Positions 1 through 10,349 are shown, numbered from the stretch's first letter. The stretch: 64,000 bases of DNA from an uncultured Flavobacteriaceae bacterium (GCA_964655585.1 CAZZNK010000001.1:15199-79198), one strand, 5' to 3'. The notes: generated by a model not told the origin, from the letters alone. Program-made: numbers and translations.

Positions 1-1048
1 TGTCAGTTTCATTATCATAAGTATATGGGTTTTGTCTTCTATCCGCAGCTAATTGTGCAGCATCAATTCCGTACCAAGATTGGTATGTTTTCTCCTTTCC
101 GCTAAAAGTAATCGCCTTAATTAAGGTGTTGTCATCTATATAAGAAGCTTGTAAAAAGTACGATTTTAAATCAGAAAAAGCTCTATCAATATATCCATCA
201 GAATAAATATTAGACATTCTTCCTGAAAATTCAATGTGTTTGTTAATTTTTCCTGTACTAAATTTTACAGTATGCTTTCTCGTATTATATGATCCAAAAG
301 AATTACTAATTTCTGCGGATGCTTCTTCTGAAACGGCATCGGTTAAAATATTTAAACTTGCCCCAAATGCACCAGCTCCGTTAGTAGATGTTCCTACGCC
401 ACGTTGTAGTTGTAAATTTTGCGTAGAAGATGCAAAATCGCCTAAATTTACCCAAAAAGTCCCTTGACTTTCGGTGTCGTTATACGGAATTCCGTTAATA
501 GTTACATTAATGCGAGAGGCATCAGAACCCCGAACACTCATGTAGGTGTATCCCACGCCAGCACCAGCATCCGAAGAAGAAATTACGGAAGGTAAATAGT
601 TTAGTAACTGTGGTATGTCTTGCCCCAAATTACGTTTGGCAATCTCTTTTTTAGTAAGATTAGAGTGTGTTACAGGAGCATCAGTATGTACTCTTACTGC
701 AGATACTAAGACTTCGTCTAACAAATTTTCAGTTTCTTGCAATTGAAAATTTAGCACTTGATTTTTATCAATAAAAAAGATTTTTTTCACTGTTTGATAT
801 CCTAAATAAGAAACCTGAATTGTGTAATTTCCTTCGGATAGTTTTAATTGAAATTTCCCTTCAAAATTTGTTGAAGTTCCTTTTCGGAGTTTTTTTACAA
901 TAATAGAAGCTCCTACTAATGGTTCTTGTTGTTTGTTGGTGATTTTACCAGAAACAAAAAATGTTTGTGCATTTGCCGTAAAAAATACAGTTGCGAATAA
1001 AAATGTAGCGAATAATTTTTGTTTGCTACGGATAGAAATAAATTTCAT
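1..1048 (-). CDS. TonB-dependent receptor, probably thiamine uptake (3' end outside window)
   Basis: Not in ORF track; read by hand from ATG at 1048: MKFISIRSKQKLFATFLFATVFFTANAQ signal peptide, CarboxypepD-like N-domain, plug motifs SVRGSDASRINVTINGIPYND and LQLQRGVGTSTNGAGAFGASLN; downstream of a TPP riboswitch. Confidence 0.9.
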   Translation of the reverse strand, partial: MKFISIRSKQKLFATFLFATVFFTANAQTFFVSGKITNKQQEPLVGASIIVKKLRKGTSTNFEGKFQLKLSEGNYTIQVSYLGYQTVKKIFFIDKNQVLNFQLQETENLLDEVLVSAVRVHTDAPVTHSNLTKKEIAKRNLGQDIPQLLNYLPSVISSSDAGAGVGYTYMSVRGSDASRINVTINGIPYNDTESQGTFWVNLGDFASSTQNLQLQRGVGTSTNGAGAFGASLNILTDAVSEEASAEISNSFGSYNTRKHTVKFSTGKINKHIEFSGRMSNIYSDGYIDRAFSDLKSYFLQASYIDDNTLIKAITFSGKEKTYQSWYGIDAAQLAADRRQNPYTYDNETD

Positions 1049-1145
1049 TTTAAATAAATTAAAACGAATAAAAAGAGGTGATTATTCTTAGTTATACTTG
1101 TTTTTTTGCAGAAAATCTGCGTATAATTAATCAAATCACGCTACG

Positions 1146-1228
1146 CGTGTCCCTTGGCAGCATTACCTGCCCAGGTTCTTTGGGTGTGATCTCAGCCTTT
1201 TAAAATTTAAAAAGCACCCCTTTATTGA
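1146..1228 (-). ncRNA. TPP (thiamine pyrophosphate) riboswitch
   Basis: Minus strand reads GGGGTGC...GCTGAGATCACACCC..GAACCTG.GCAGGTAATGCTGCCAAGGGA, the THI-box core; boundaries approximate. Confidence 0.92.
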
Positions 1229-1236
1229 GAACGGCG

Positions 1237-1244
1237 CAAATGTA
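1237..1244 (-). promoter_or_regulatory. Bacteroidota -7 promoter element for the riboswitch/TBDR transcript
   Basis: TACATTTG (TAnnTTTG) directly upstream of the aptamer. Confidence 0.65.
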
Positions 1245-1404
1245 AAATGGTTTTTTGAATTAAGAAAATGAAATTTGCAAAAATTAATTTTATAAAAAGG
1301 GATCACTGTTTGATAAGTGTGTTGCGAGTTGTAAGGATATCATTTTTTATGAATAATTGCTTTTTGAAGGCTAATTTTATTCTAATAAATAGGCTGTAAA
1401 AACC

Positions 1405-1491
1405 AAAACAAGTCATTTTGTCATTAAAATAAATAAAAACAAGTCAAGTTGTCTTGTCTTAATGTATGTTATTATTGGGTACAAAGTTTGT
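1405..1491 (+). promoter_or_regulatory. clpB upstream direct repeats plus sigma54-like element
   Basis: AAAACAAGTCATTTTGTC (1405-1422) and AAAACAAGTCAAGTTGTC (1436-1453); GGTACAAAGTTTGT at 1478-1491. Confidence 0.4.
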
Positions 1492-1523
1492 AATTACTTT
1501 ATCAAACAAAAAAACACAACACT

Positions 1524-4109
1524 ATGAATTTTAATAACTATACTATAAAAGCCCAAGATACCATACAAAAAGCCCAACAAATTGTACAAGGTTTAGGGCA
1601 ACAACAAATAGAAAATGGGCACCTATTCAAAGCGATTTTTGAAGTAGATGAAAATGTTTTGCCCTTTATTTTAAGTAAATTAAGCATTAATGTGAATTTA
1701 TTTAAGCAAGTTTTAGAAAACATTGTTAGCTCGTATCCAAAAGTATCTGGGGCAGAGATAATGCTTTCTAAAACAGCAAATAAAACAGTAATAGAGGCTA
1801 GTAATATTGCTAAAAAAATGAATGATGAATATGTTTCATTAGAGCATTTGTTATTAGCAATGTTAAATCAAAAAGATAGTATTGCGCAATTAATGAAAGA
1901 TAATGGCATCAATAAAAAAGATTTAGAAGCTGCTGTTCAAGAATTAAGAAAAGGTAACAGAGTAACATCTCAAAGTGCGGAAGAAACGTATAATTCCTTA
2001 AATAAATATGCTAAAAATTTGAATGAATTAGCGCAAAGTGGAAAATTAGATCCAGTTATTGGGAGAAATGATGAGATTAGAAGAATACTGCAAATTTTAT
2101 CTCGTAGAACTAAAAACAATCCGATGTTAATTGGAGAGCCAGGAACAGGAAAAACAGCTATCGTAGAAGGATTAGCAAATAGGATTATAAAGGGGGATGT
2201 GCCCGAAAACATTAAGAATAAAACCATTTTCTCTTTAGATATGGGTGCTTTAATTGCAGGGGCAAAGTACAAAGGAGAGTTTGAAGAACGCTTAAAAGCA
2301 GTGGTGAAAGAGGTGCAAAACTCTGAAGGAAGCATTATTTTATTTATAGATGAAATACATACATTGGTGGGTGCTGGAGGGGGACAAGGAGCAATGGATG
2401 CTGCAAATATTTTAAAGCCTGCTTTGGCACGTGGAGAACTACGTGCTATTGGAGCAACCACTTTAGATGAATATCAAAAATATTTTGAAAAAGATAAAGC
2501 CTTAGAGCGTCGTTTTCAAAAAGTACAAGTTGATGAGCCTGATACAGAATCTGCAATTTCTATATTAAGAGGAATCAAAGAGAAGTATGAAACGCATCAT
2601 AAAGTATTGATTACAGATAGTGCCGTTATTGCAGCAGTAGAACTTTCTCAACGCTATATTTCTGATCGTTTTTTGCCAGATAAGGCCATTGATTTAATGG
2701 ATGAAGCTTCTGCTAAATTACGAATGGAAATCAATTCTAAACCAGAAGAATTAGATGTGTTAGATCGTAAAGTTATGCAGATTGAAATTGAAATTGAGGC
2801 CATTAAAAGAGAAAATGATACTAAAAAATTAGAAAAACTAAAAAAAGAACTCGCAAATTTAAAATCCGATAGAGATAGTATTTATGCAAAGTGGAAACGA
2901 GAAAAGGATATTTTAGAAAGCATCAATACGACTAAAGAAATCACTGAAGCAGCAAAATTAGAAGCAGACCAAGCCGAACGAGAAGGTAATTATGGTTTGG
3001 TTGCAGAAATTCGTTATGGAAGATTAAAAGAATTAGAAAAAAAATTAGAGAAACAGCAAGAAGAATTTTCTAGCATCAAAGAAAATGCATTGGTAAAAGA
3101 AGAGGTAACTAGAGATGATATTGCAGAAGTAGTTGCCAAATGGACAGGAATTCCTGTAACCAAAATGTTGCAATCTGAACGTGAAAAACTGTTACATTTA
3201 GAAAAAGAATTACACAAACGAGTTGTAGGACAAGAAGAAGGAATTAGAGCAGTGGCTGATGCTGTAAGGCGCTCTAGAGCAGGCTTACAAGATGCTAACA
3301 AACCTATCGGGTCGTTCTTGTTTTTAGGAACAACAGGTGTTGGTAAAACAGAGTTAGCCAAAGCCTTAGCTAATTATTTGTTCGATTCAGAAAAAGCGAT
3401 GACACGTATTGATATGAGTGAATATCAAGAAAAACACTCGGTAAGTAGGTTGGTTGGGGCGCCTCCAGGATATGTTGGTTATGATGAGGGCGGACAACTT
3501 ACGGAAGCTGTTCGTAGAAAACCGTATTCGGTTATTTTGTTAGACGAAATTGAAAAAGCACACCCAGATACATTTAATATTTTGCTGCAAGTGCTAGATG
3601 AAGGTAGGTTAACCGATAGTAAAGGACGTACTGCGGATTTTAGGAATACAATTATTATAATGACTTCTAATATGGGAGCGCACATTCTTCAAGAGAAATT
3701 AGAAGGCATTAACATGAAAGAGCGTAACAAAGTAATGGAAGTTGCAGAAAAGGAGGTTTTAAGTTTGTTGAAAAAACAAATTAGACCAGAGTTTTTAAAT
3801 CGAATTGATGAAATTGTAATGTTTACACCATTAAACGAAGTAGAAATTAAACAAATTGTAAAAATTCAATTAAATAATTTACAGAGAAAATTAAAAGAGA
3901 ATAATATCGTGTTAACTATTTCTGATACTGCAATTAGCTATATTGCTAAAGTAGGGTTTGACCCTCAATTCGGAGCAAGACCTATAAAAAGAGCTATACA
4001 AAACGAAATATTAAACGAATTGTCTAAGCAGATTTTGGCAGGAGTTGTAGTTACAGATAGTCAAGTTCATGTTGATATTAAGGAAGGTAAGCTGGTTTTT
4101 AATAATTAA
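1524..4109 (+). CDS. clpB: ATP-dependent chaperone ClpB
   Basis: Two AAA+ modules (GEPGTGKT, GTTGVGKT), KYKGEFEERLK, coiled-coil middle domain, GAPPGYVGY. Confidence 0.98.
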   Translation: MNFNNYTIKAQDTIQKAQQIVQGLGQQQIENGHLFKAIFEVDENVLPFILSKLSINVNLFKQVLENIVSSYPKVSGAEIMLSKTANKTVIEASNIAKKMNDEYVSLEHLLLAMLNQKDSIAQLMKDNGINKKDLEAAVQELRKGNRVTSQSAEETYNSLNKYAKNLNELAQSGKLDPVIGRNDEIRRILQILSRRTKNNPMLIGEPGTGKTAIVEGLANRIIKGDVPENIKNKTIFSLDMGALIAGAKYKGEFEERLKAVVKEVQNSEGSIILFIDEIHTLVGAGGGQGAMDAANILKPALARGELRAIGATTLDEYQKYFEKDKALERRFQKVQVDEPDTESAISILRGIKEKYETHHKVLITDSAVIAAVELSQRYISDRFLPDKAIDLMDEASAKLRMEINSKPEELDVLDRKVMQIEIEIEAIKRENDTKKLEKLKKELANLKSDRDSIYAKWKREKDILESINTTKEITEAAKLEADQAEREGNYGLVAEIRYGRLKELEKKLEKQQEEFSSIKENALVKEEVTRDDIAEVVAKWTGIPVTKMLQSEREKLLHLEKELHKRVVGQEEGIRAVADAVRRSRAGLQDANKPIGSFLFLGTTGVGKTELAKALANYLFDSEKAMTRIDMSEYQEKHSVSRLVGAPPGYVGYDEGGQLTEAVRRKPYSVILLDEIEKAHPDTFNILLQVLDEGRLTDSKGRTADFRNTIIIMTSNMGAHILQEKLEGINMKERNKVMEVAEKEVLSLLKKQIRPEFLNRIDEIVMFTPLNEVEIKQIVKIQLNNLQRKLKENNIVLTISDTAISYIAKVGFDPQFGARPIKRAIQNEILNELSKQILAGVVVTDSQVHVDIKEGKLVFNN

Positions 4110-4140
4110 AACTTTTCTATTCTTTTTTTTAAAGTAGTAA

Positions 4141-4545
4141 TTACTCTAATTTCGGTTTTTTACGCAAATGTTTTTTAAATGCATGTTTGCGTTTGTTTTC
4201 TGCTTTTTTTCTAACGGATGCTTTACTCGGTTTGGTCACTTTTCTATTTTTTGGCACATACAATCCTTTGCTAAGAACTTCTAAAAAATGTTTGATAGCA
4301 ATTTGCTTATTACGGTGTTGACTCCTGCTCTGATCCGTAAAAAAGATGAGTGTTTTTGCTTTTGTTACTCTTGTTGATAGGTTCTTATAGAGCACTTCTT
4401 TTTGTTTTTCTGATAATACTTTTGAGTCAGAAATATTAAAAGTTAGTTCAATTTTAGAAGATGTTTTATTAACATGTTGTCCGCCTGCACCAGAACTTCT
4501 AATGGCTTTAAATTTTAGTTCTTTTATAAGATTTTCTGTGTTCAT
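4141..4545 (-). CDS. arfB: Alternative ribosome rescue peptidyl-tRNA hydrolase ArfB
   Basis: RSSGAGGQHVNKT (GGQ motif), RSQHRN, basic C-terminal tail. Confidence 0.95.
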   Translation of the reverse strand: MNTENLIKELKFKAIRSSGAGGQHVNKTSSKIELTFNISDSKVLSEKQKEVLYKNLSTRVTKAKTLIFFTDQSRSQHRNKQIAIKHFLEVLSKGLYVPKNRKVTKPSKASVRKKAENKRKHAFKKHLRKKPKLE

Positions 4546-4547
4546 TT

Positions 4548-5204
4548 TTAATAATTCATATTCCCATCATCAGATAGGTGATGCAAAAAATGCATATCAT
4601 TATCAGTAGTTAGAGATTCAGAATAAGAATATAGTCCCTCTTTTTTACGGATGATTTTATCAATTGCCTCAACCGCTTTTTTTAAGCGAGTTTCTTTATC
4701 TCCCTTTAATAAAATATAGGGTCTGTTATGTGTTTTTAAAGCCTTCTCAAAAGCATTAAACATCTCTAATCGTAACGCTGGTCTATCTCTTAAATCATCG
4801 GCTTCCCAAGGCGTATCTATATAAGTGAGCAGATATAAATCGTAAGTATTTTTATTAGCCGCTTTGTCTAGTTTCGGGTCTACAAATCCTCCATAATATT
4901 CTTCTGAATATACTTTAGTTTCTAGTAAATCGGTATCACAAATTAAAATTTTATCTGCTTTTTTTGCCAATTGATTTTCTAATTTCATTTGCCCAATAGC
5001 AATTGGAATTAAATCTTTTGCTTCACAAGTTTTACGCTCGTTGTTCCATTTGTTTTGTAAATAATCTCTTGCAAATTCTGGTACCCAAACCGTATGATAA
5101 TAACGTGCCAGTTGATTAGAAAGTGTTGTTTTACCAGTGCTTTCAGGTCCAAATAAAACAATCTTTATAATGTTTGCTTTTTCTTGTTTAAGGTTTTTTT
5201 CCAT
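4548..5204 (-). CDS. NadR-like ribosylnicotinamide kinase domain protein (AAA_28)
   Basis: GPESTGKTT, PEFAR, ICDTD, PWEADDLRD; overlaps pnuC. Confidence 0.85.
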   Translation of the reverse strand: MEKNLKQEKANIIKIVLFGPESTGKTTLSNQLARYYHTVWVPEFARDYLQNKWNNERKTCEAKDLIPIAIGQMKLENQLAKKADKILICDTDLLETKVYSEEYYGGFVDPKLDKAANKNTYDLYLLTYIDTPWEADDLRDRPALRLEMFNAFEKALKTHNRPYILLKGDKETRLKKAVEAIDKIIRKKEGLYSYSESLTTDNDMHFLHHLSDDGNMNY

Positions 5205-5875
5205 TGTTTATATCCTTGAAATGCTAAAAATAAGAAAATTATGTATTGTATTCCTGTAAATCCATATCCTTTTACAAAATAGAGAGGAATAGATACAATA
5301 TTTCCAGCAATCCAAAGTGTCCAATTTTCTAATTTTTTGTTTGCCATTAGCCACATTGCTGCAAAAAATATTCCTGTTGTAAAAGTATCTAAAAAGGGAG
5401 TTGCCTCTCTAAAATCGGTTAAATTACCAGAACTTAGTTTCGATATTGCAAAATCTACACTTTCGCTAAATCCTAAATTATTTGGCATTACATTGTAATA
5501 ACGATATACGATAATTACAAAAATAGATGTGAATGCAAAAATACCGAAGGCTTTTAATTTGTCAGATTTTGTGGTTCTTGAAATCGGAATATGGCTTTTA
5601 TCGCTATCAATTATTTTACTCCACATATACCAGCCATAAACACTCATAATTGTATAGTAAATATTGATGATTAAGTCGCCATAAAGATTCCATTGAGATA
5701 ATAAATACACATAAATTGCGGTGCTAACAATCCCTGTAGGAAAGACTAAAATGTTTTCTTTTTTTGCATAAAGAACACTGATAATACCAAAAAAGGCAGC
5801 AACAAATTCCAATAAAATATTTAAAATAGGAGCTGTTTTATAAGGTTCTAAAAAAAAATCGATAAGTGTTTCCAT
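5165..5875 (-). CDS. pnuC: Nicotinamide riboside transporter PnuC
   Basis: Hydrophobic; YGWYMW, D.FTT..FF.AMWLMA.KKLENW..WI; adjacent to NadR-like kinase. Confidence 0.9.
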   Translation of the reverse strand: METLIDFFLEPYKTAPILNILLEFVAAFFGIISVLYAKKENILVFPTGIVSTAIYVYLLSQWNLYGDLIINIYYTIMSVYGWYMWSKIIDSDKSHIPISRTTKSDKLKAFGIFAFTSIFVIIVYRYYNVMPNNLGFSESVDFAISKLSSGNLTDFREATPFLDTFTTGIFFAAMWLMANKKLENWTLWIAGNIVSIPLYFVKGYGFTGIQYIIFLFLAFQGYKQWKKTLNKKKQTL

Positions 5876-5876
5876 G

Positions 5877-6599
5877 TTATTTTTTTAGCTGATTAAAAAA
5901 TGATTCATCTTTTTCAAAAGCTGTTCCAATAACAACCAAATCAGCACCAGATTTGTAGGCAATTTCTAATTGTTTTTTACTTCGGATACCACCACCAACA
6001 ATTAACGGAATAGAAATATTTTCTGAAACTTTTTTTATAATACCTTGGCTGACCGCCTCGGTCGCTCCGCTTCCAGCTTCGAGGTAGATAGTTTTTTTAC
6101 CTAAAAATGATCCTGCTAAAGCAGTGTTTACAATTAAATCAATGTTATTTTGAGCAATGGGTTTGGTATTGCTTACTTTTTGTACAGCAGTTTTTACGCC
6201 GCCATCAATTAATAGATATCCTGTAGATATTATTTCTAAATCGGTGTTTTTTAACAACGGTACACTTTGTATTTGCTGTTCAATTAAGTATTCAGAATTT
6301 CTGCCAGAAAGTAAACTTAAAAATAAGATTCCATCTGCTTTTGGTGTGATTTGTTGTACATCTCCAGGAAATAAAAGAACAGGTAAATGTGTTTTCTTTT
6401 TTATTGCGATGACAACTTTTTCGGTTAAATTATTTACATCTGTACTTCCGCCAACAAAAATATGTGTTGCAATAGATTGATGTATTTTATCAAAAAAAGA
6501 AGGGAGATTTGTAAGATTTATTTTTTCTGGATCAATTAAAACTGCAAGAAGTTTTTCTCCTTTTTCTTTGGATGTTAGTATGTTTTGGTAAATATTCAA
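5877..6599 (-). CDS. pcrB: Geranylgeranylglyceryl/heptaprenylglyceryl phosphate synthase
   Basis: LIDPEK, FVGGST, LLFPG, YLEAGSGA, VGGGIRS; TTG start. Confidence 0.9.
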   Translation of the reverse strand: MNIYQNILTSKEKGEKLLAVLIDPEKINLTNLPSFFDKIHQSIATHIFVGGSTDVNNLTEKVVIAIKKKTHLPVLLFPGDVQQITPKADGILFLSLLSGRNSEYLIEQQIQSVPLLKNTDLEIISTGYLLIDGGVKTAVQKVSNTKPIAQNNIDLIVNTALAGSFLGKKTIYLEAGSGATEAVSQGIIKKVSENISIPLIVGGGIRSKKQLEIAYKSGADLVVIGTAFEKDESFFNQLKK

Positions 6600-6627
6600 A
6601 TTAGATTGTTAGTTTGGTTTAGTTAGT

Positions 6628-6651
6628 TTTCGACTTTGCTCAAACGGACAT
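6628..6651. repeat. Possible single degenerate REP-like repeat
   Basis: TTTCGACTTTGCTCAAACGGACA resembles an intergenic repeat I recall from Flavobacteriaceae; only one copy here. Confidence 0.35.
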
Positions 6652-6658
6652 GATTAGG

Positions 6659-7279
6659 TTAAAAAGCATACACACAGGTAAACCCTTCAAATTCTAAAAA
6701 ATGAACGTCAAAAATAGTAGTTTTATCGTTATAGTTAATTTCTCCATTGGTTTTTTTAGCATCCGAAATAAAATCAGTAATAAAAATATGTTCTAAAAAG
6801 CGTAATTTTTTCTTTCCATAAATTTTATACAAACTTTCTTTGGCTCCCCAAACTATGGTTAATTTTTTGATCAAATCTTCATCTGTTTCACTGTATGTTT
6901 CTATAGGAGTAAACTTATGTGCGATTCTCTTAATTTTATGACGTTGCATTTCAATATCAATACCTACTGGCGCATCATCAGAAATAATAATACCAGAAAA
7001 ATTGTAAGAATGTGTGATTGAGATGTGCTTCCCATCTTTTAAATGTGGCTTTCCGAACTCATCATATATCAAATCAGTATCTAAATAACCAATTTCTTTT
7101 AATAAATGTCGGACACTTAAAAAACCTCTTTGATGAAGCTCTGATTTCATCGAATCGACACGAATTTGACTGTTTTTTGATAATTTTATATCCTTAAGTA
7201 ATTCGTTAAAAGATTCTTCAATCTTCCAAATCAGTACTTTAGTAGTATTGTTGATGTTTATCGTCTTAAAAAGAGGCAT
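6659..7279 (-). CDS. 4'-phosphopantetheinyl transferase (Sfp-like)
   Basis: GKPHL, ISITHS, VGIDIE, WGAKESLYK. Confidence 0.92.
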   Translation of the reverse strand: MPLFKTININNTTKVLIWKIEESFNELLKDIKLSKNSQIRVDSMKSELHQRGFLSVRHLLKEIGYLDTDLIYDEFGKPHLKDGKHISITHSYNFSGIIISDDAPVGIDIEMQRHKIKRIAHKFTPIETYSETDEDLIKKLTIVWGAKESLYKIYGKKKLRFLEHIFITDFISDAKKTNGEINYNDKTTIFDVHFLEFEGFTCVYAF

Positions 7280-7342
7280 AATTTTAAATAGTTATTTGTA
7301 ACTTTGCAGTTCGAAAATTTTGATAAAAACAAAGATACAAAG

Positions 7343-8659
7343 ATGAGTGCAAAAACCGATACATATGTGCCTTTCAAGGTTAAAGATATTTCTTTAGCAG
7401 ATTGGGGAAGAAAAGAAATTGAACTAGCTGAAGCAGAAATGCCAGGGTTAATGAGTTTAAGAGAAGAATATAAAGATGAGCAACCATTAAAAGGAGCAAG
7501 AATTGCAGGATGTTTGCATATGACGATTCAAACGGCTGTTTTAATAGAAACTTTACAAGCACTTGGTGCTGAAGTTACTTGGAGTTCTTGTAATATTTTT
7601 TCTACACAAGACCAAGCAGCAGCAGCAATTGCAGCAACAGGAACTGCCGTATACGCTTGGAAAGGGTTAACGGAAGAGGAATTTGATTGGTGTATTGAGC
7701 AAACTTTATTTTTTGGAGAAGATAAAAAGCCATTGAACTTGATTTTAGATGATGGTGGTGATTTAACAAATATGGTGTTAGATAGATATCCTGAATTAGC
7801 AGCAGGAATTAACGGATTGAGTGAAGAAACCACGACTGGAGTTCACCGTTTATATGATAGAGTAAAAGCAGGAACATTGCCAATGCCAGCAATTAATGTA
7901 AATGATTCGGTAACAAAATCGAAATTTGATAACAAATACGGATGTAGAGAATCTGCCGTTGATGCGATTCGTAGAGCAACTGATATTATGTTAGCAGGTA
8001 AACGTGTAGTTGTTTGTGGATATGGAGATGTGGGTAAAGGTACTGCTGCATCTTTTAAAGGTACAGGAGCTATTGTTACGGTAACAGAAATCGACCCAAT
8101 TTGTGCATTACAAGCTGCAATGGATGGATTTGAGGTAAAGAAATTAGAAAGTGTTGCTGATAAAGCAGATATTATTATTACCACAACAGGTAATAAAGAT
8201 ATTGTTCAAGAGCGTCATTTTAGAGCTGTAAAAGACAAAACTATTATTTGTAATATTGGTCATTTTGATAACGAAATTGATATGACTTGGCTGAATGATA
8301 CTTATGGAGATACCAAAGTAGAAATTAAACCTCAAGTAGATAAATATACAATTGACGGTAAAGAGCTTCTTATTTTGGCTGAAGGTCGTTTGGTAAATTT
8401 AGGTTGTGCGACTGGACACCCTAGTTTTGTAATGAGTAACTCATTTACCAACCAAACATTGGCACAAATTGAATTGTGGACAAATCGGGATGCTTATAAA
8501 AACGAAGTGTATATGTTACCAAAACATTTAGATGAAAAAGTAGCAAAATTACACTTAGAAAAAATTGGTATTGAATTGACGGAATTAAGAGAAGACCAAG
8601 CATCATACATTGGTGTAACGGTTGATGGTCCTTATAAACCAGAACATTATAGATATTAA
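7343..8659 (+). CDS. ahcY: Adenosylhomocysteinase
   Basis: [42 protein letters not shown]; start moved to ATG 7343 because TTG 7304 lies inside a TAACTTTG promoter box (7299-7306). Confidence 0.98.
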   Translation: MSAKTDTYVPFKVKDISLADWGRKEIELAEAEMPGLMSLREEYKDEQPLKGARIAGCLHMTIQTAVLIETLQALGAEVTWSSCNIFSTQDQAAAAIAATGTAVYAWKGLTEEEFDWCIEQTLFFGEDKKPLNLILDDGGDLTNMVLDRYPELAAGINGLSEETTTGVHRLYDRVKAGTLPMPAINVNDSVTKSKFDNKYGCRESAVDAIRRATDIMLAGKRVVVCGYGDVGKGTAASFKGTGAIVTVTEIDPICALQAAMDGFEVKKLESVADKADIIITTTGNKDIVQERHFRAVKDKTIICNIGHFDNEIDMTWLNDTYGDTKVEIKPQVDKYTIDGKELLILAEGRLVNLGCATGHPSFVMSNSFTNQTLAQIELWTNRDAYKNEVYMLPKHLDEKVAKLHLEKIGIELTELREDQASYIGVTVDGPYKPEHYRY

Positions 8660-8697
8660 TTATCGCTATCTTCATTTTGAGGATATTAAAAATTTGT

Positions 8698-8741
8698 ATG
8701 AATCCGTAAGTTAATTTTTCTAAAAAAACTTACGGATTCAT
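8698..8741. terminator. Stem-loop between ahcY and nucleoside phosphorylase
   Basis: Perfect 15-bp arms ATGAATCCGTAAGTT/AACTTACGGATTCAT; no clear U-tract. Confidence 0.5.
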
Positions 8742-8756
8742 CATATAAAAAAACGG

Positions 8757-9572
8757 ATGAAAAAACAGCAATTACAAGAAACAAGGCAATACTTAGAATC
8801 AAAAGGGATTACCAACTCTCAAATTGGCATTGTGCTTGGAACGGGATTGGGTAAGTTAGTTGATAAAATTGATATTGAAATTGAAATTCCGTATACAGAA
8901 ATTCCGAATTTCCCAGAAGCTACGGTAGAGTTTCATTCAGGAAAATTGATTTATGGTACCTTATCAGGAAAAAAAGTATTGGTAATGTCTGGTCGTTTTC
9001 ATTTATATGAAGGGTATAATTTATGGGAAGTTACCTACGGAATTAGAACGATGCACCAATTAGGAATTACAACATTATTAATTTCAAATGCCGCAGGAGC
9101 CATCAATCTGGGTTATAAAAAAGGAGATTTAATGTTGATAGATGATCATATCAATCTACAAGGCGGTTCTCCTTTAGCATTTAAAGAATCGGGTACTTTT
9201 GGTGATTTATTTGTAGATATGTTGGCGCCATACTCTAAAGCATTAAACAACCAGTTGAAAGAAATTGCGATAGCAAAATCTATAGATTTGAAAGAAGGTG
9301 TGTACGCAAGTGTTGTAGGGCCTCAATTAGAAACGAGAGCAGAATATAGAATGCTACAAATTTTAGAGATTGATGCAATTGGTATGAGTACTGTGCCAGA
9401 AGTAATTGTGGCAAATCAATTACAAATACCTTGTGTGGCAATTTCAGTATTGACTGATGAATGTGATCCTAAAAATTTACAACCTGTAAACATCGAAGAA
9501 ATTATTGAGGTTGCAGGAAATGCAGAACCAAAAATGATTACATTGTTTACAGAATTAATCAAGCGAGTTTAA
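8757..9572 (+). CDS. punA: Purine-nucleoside phosphorylase (trimeric type)
   Basis: IVLGTGLG, GRFHLYEG, NAAG, GPQLETRAE, GMSTVPE. Confidence 0.92.
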   Translation: MKKQQLQETRQYLESKGITNSQIGIVLGTGLGKLVDKIDIEIEIPYTEIPNFPEATVEFHSGKLIYGTLSGKKVLVMSGRFHLYEGYNLWEVTYGIRTMHQLGITTLLISNAAGAINLGYKKGDLMLIDDHINLQGGSPLAFKESGTFGDLFVDMLAPYSKALNNQLKEIAIAKSIDLKEGVYASVVGPQLETRAEYRMLQILEIDAIGMSTVPEVIVANQLQIPCVAISVLTDECDPKNLQPVNIEEIIEVAGNAEPKMITLFTELIKRV

Positions 9573-9593
9573 GGAGTCAGTAAAATGGTATTT

Positions 9594-10349
9594 TTAGTCT
9601 ACAATAAAAGGTTTTTCGAGCATTAAATTGATCCAATTGTCGTTGCTTATTCCCATCAATGTAAAATGGTATACGTCATGAAAAATTAATGTTGGTGGTG
9701 TTTTTGTCGTAATATTCGATACAACATTGTCTAGTTTATAATATTGAAACCATTTGGTTGTTGTGTAAGTGCCAGATAAAAATACATCATCAACATCAGA
9801 AACTACTTGAAAATAAGTATCGTTTTCTGCAATAGTTCCATCATCCCAAGAAAACTTTGGGTTTAAAGTGTGTAGATCTTCAATTCTAACAGTGTCTTTC
9901 CATTCTGTGGGTTTTGTGAAATTTTTAAACCGAATAGGCTTAGATTTATGAAATTTCCCTTCGGATAAATAGGTGATCAAACACCATTTTTCCTTTTTAT
10001 TATTTAATCGGATAAATTTTTTGAGATATCCACCAAAAACATCTTCTTTTGGCAGTATTTTTCGTCTGTATAAAGAGAAGTTATTTGGATCGATTGTATT
10101 GATACTATCCGTTTCATAATAACGAACATCCGTAGCTTCTTCAATAGGATAATAAAAAATATGAGATGTTGAGGTTAATGTTTTGTCACTTGCAGCATAA
10201 GCAATTACTCCATCTAAAGTTCTTGATGTATGCAAATTCATATATTCTTGTAAATTTCTAGGTACAGTAATATCAATATCTTCTGCACAGGATGTAAATA
10301 AGAAAATGAATAGCAAAAATAGTAGTGCAGTTTGTCTGTTTTTTTTCAT
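9594..10349 (-). CDS. Hypothetical lipoprotein
   Basis: Lipobox FTSC after hydrophobic stretch; 251 aa. Confidence 0.75.
   Translation of the reverse strand: MKKNRQTALLFLLFIFLFTSCAEDIDITVPRNLQEYMNLHTSRTLDGVIAYAASDKTLTSTSHIFYYPIEEATDVRYYETDSINTIDPNNFSLYRRKILPKEDVFGGYLKKFIRLNNKKEKWCLITYLSEGKFHKSKPIRFKNFTKPTEWKDTVRIEDLHTLNPKFSWDDGTIAENDTYFQVVSDVDDVFLSGTYTTTKWFQYYKLDNVVSNITTKTPPTLIFHDVYHFTLMGISNDNWINLMLEKPFIVD

Noticed and set aside
5165..5204. 40-bp overlap of pnuC and the NadR-like gene as a frameshifted fusion
   Set aside because: Both ORFs look complete, with their own start and family motifs.
5165..5875. pnuC as a thiamine transporter (PnuT) under the TPP riboswitch
   Set aside because: It lies upstream of the riboswitch, is separated by clpB, and is coupled to a NadR-like kinase.
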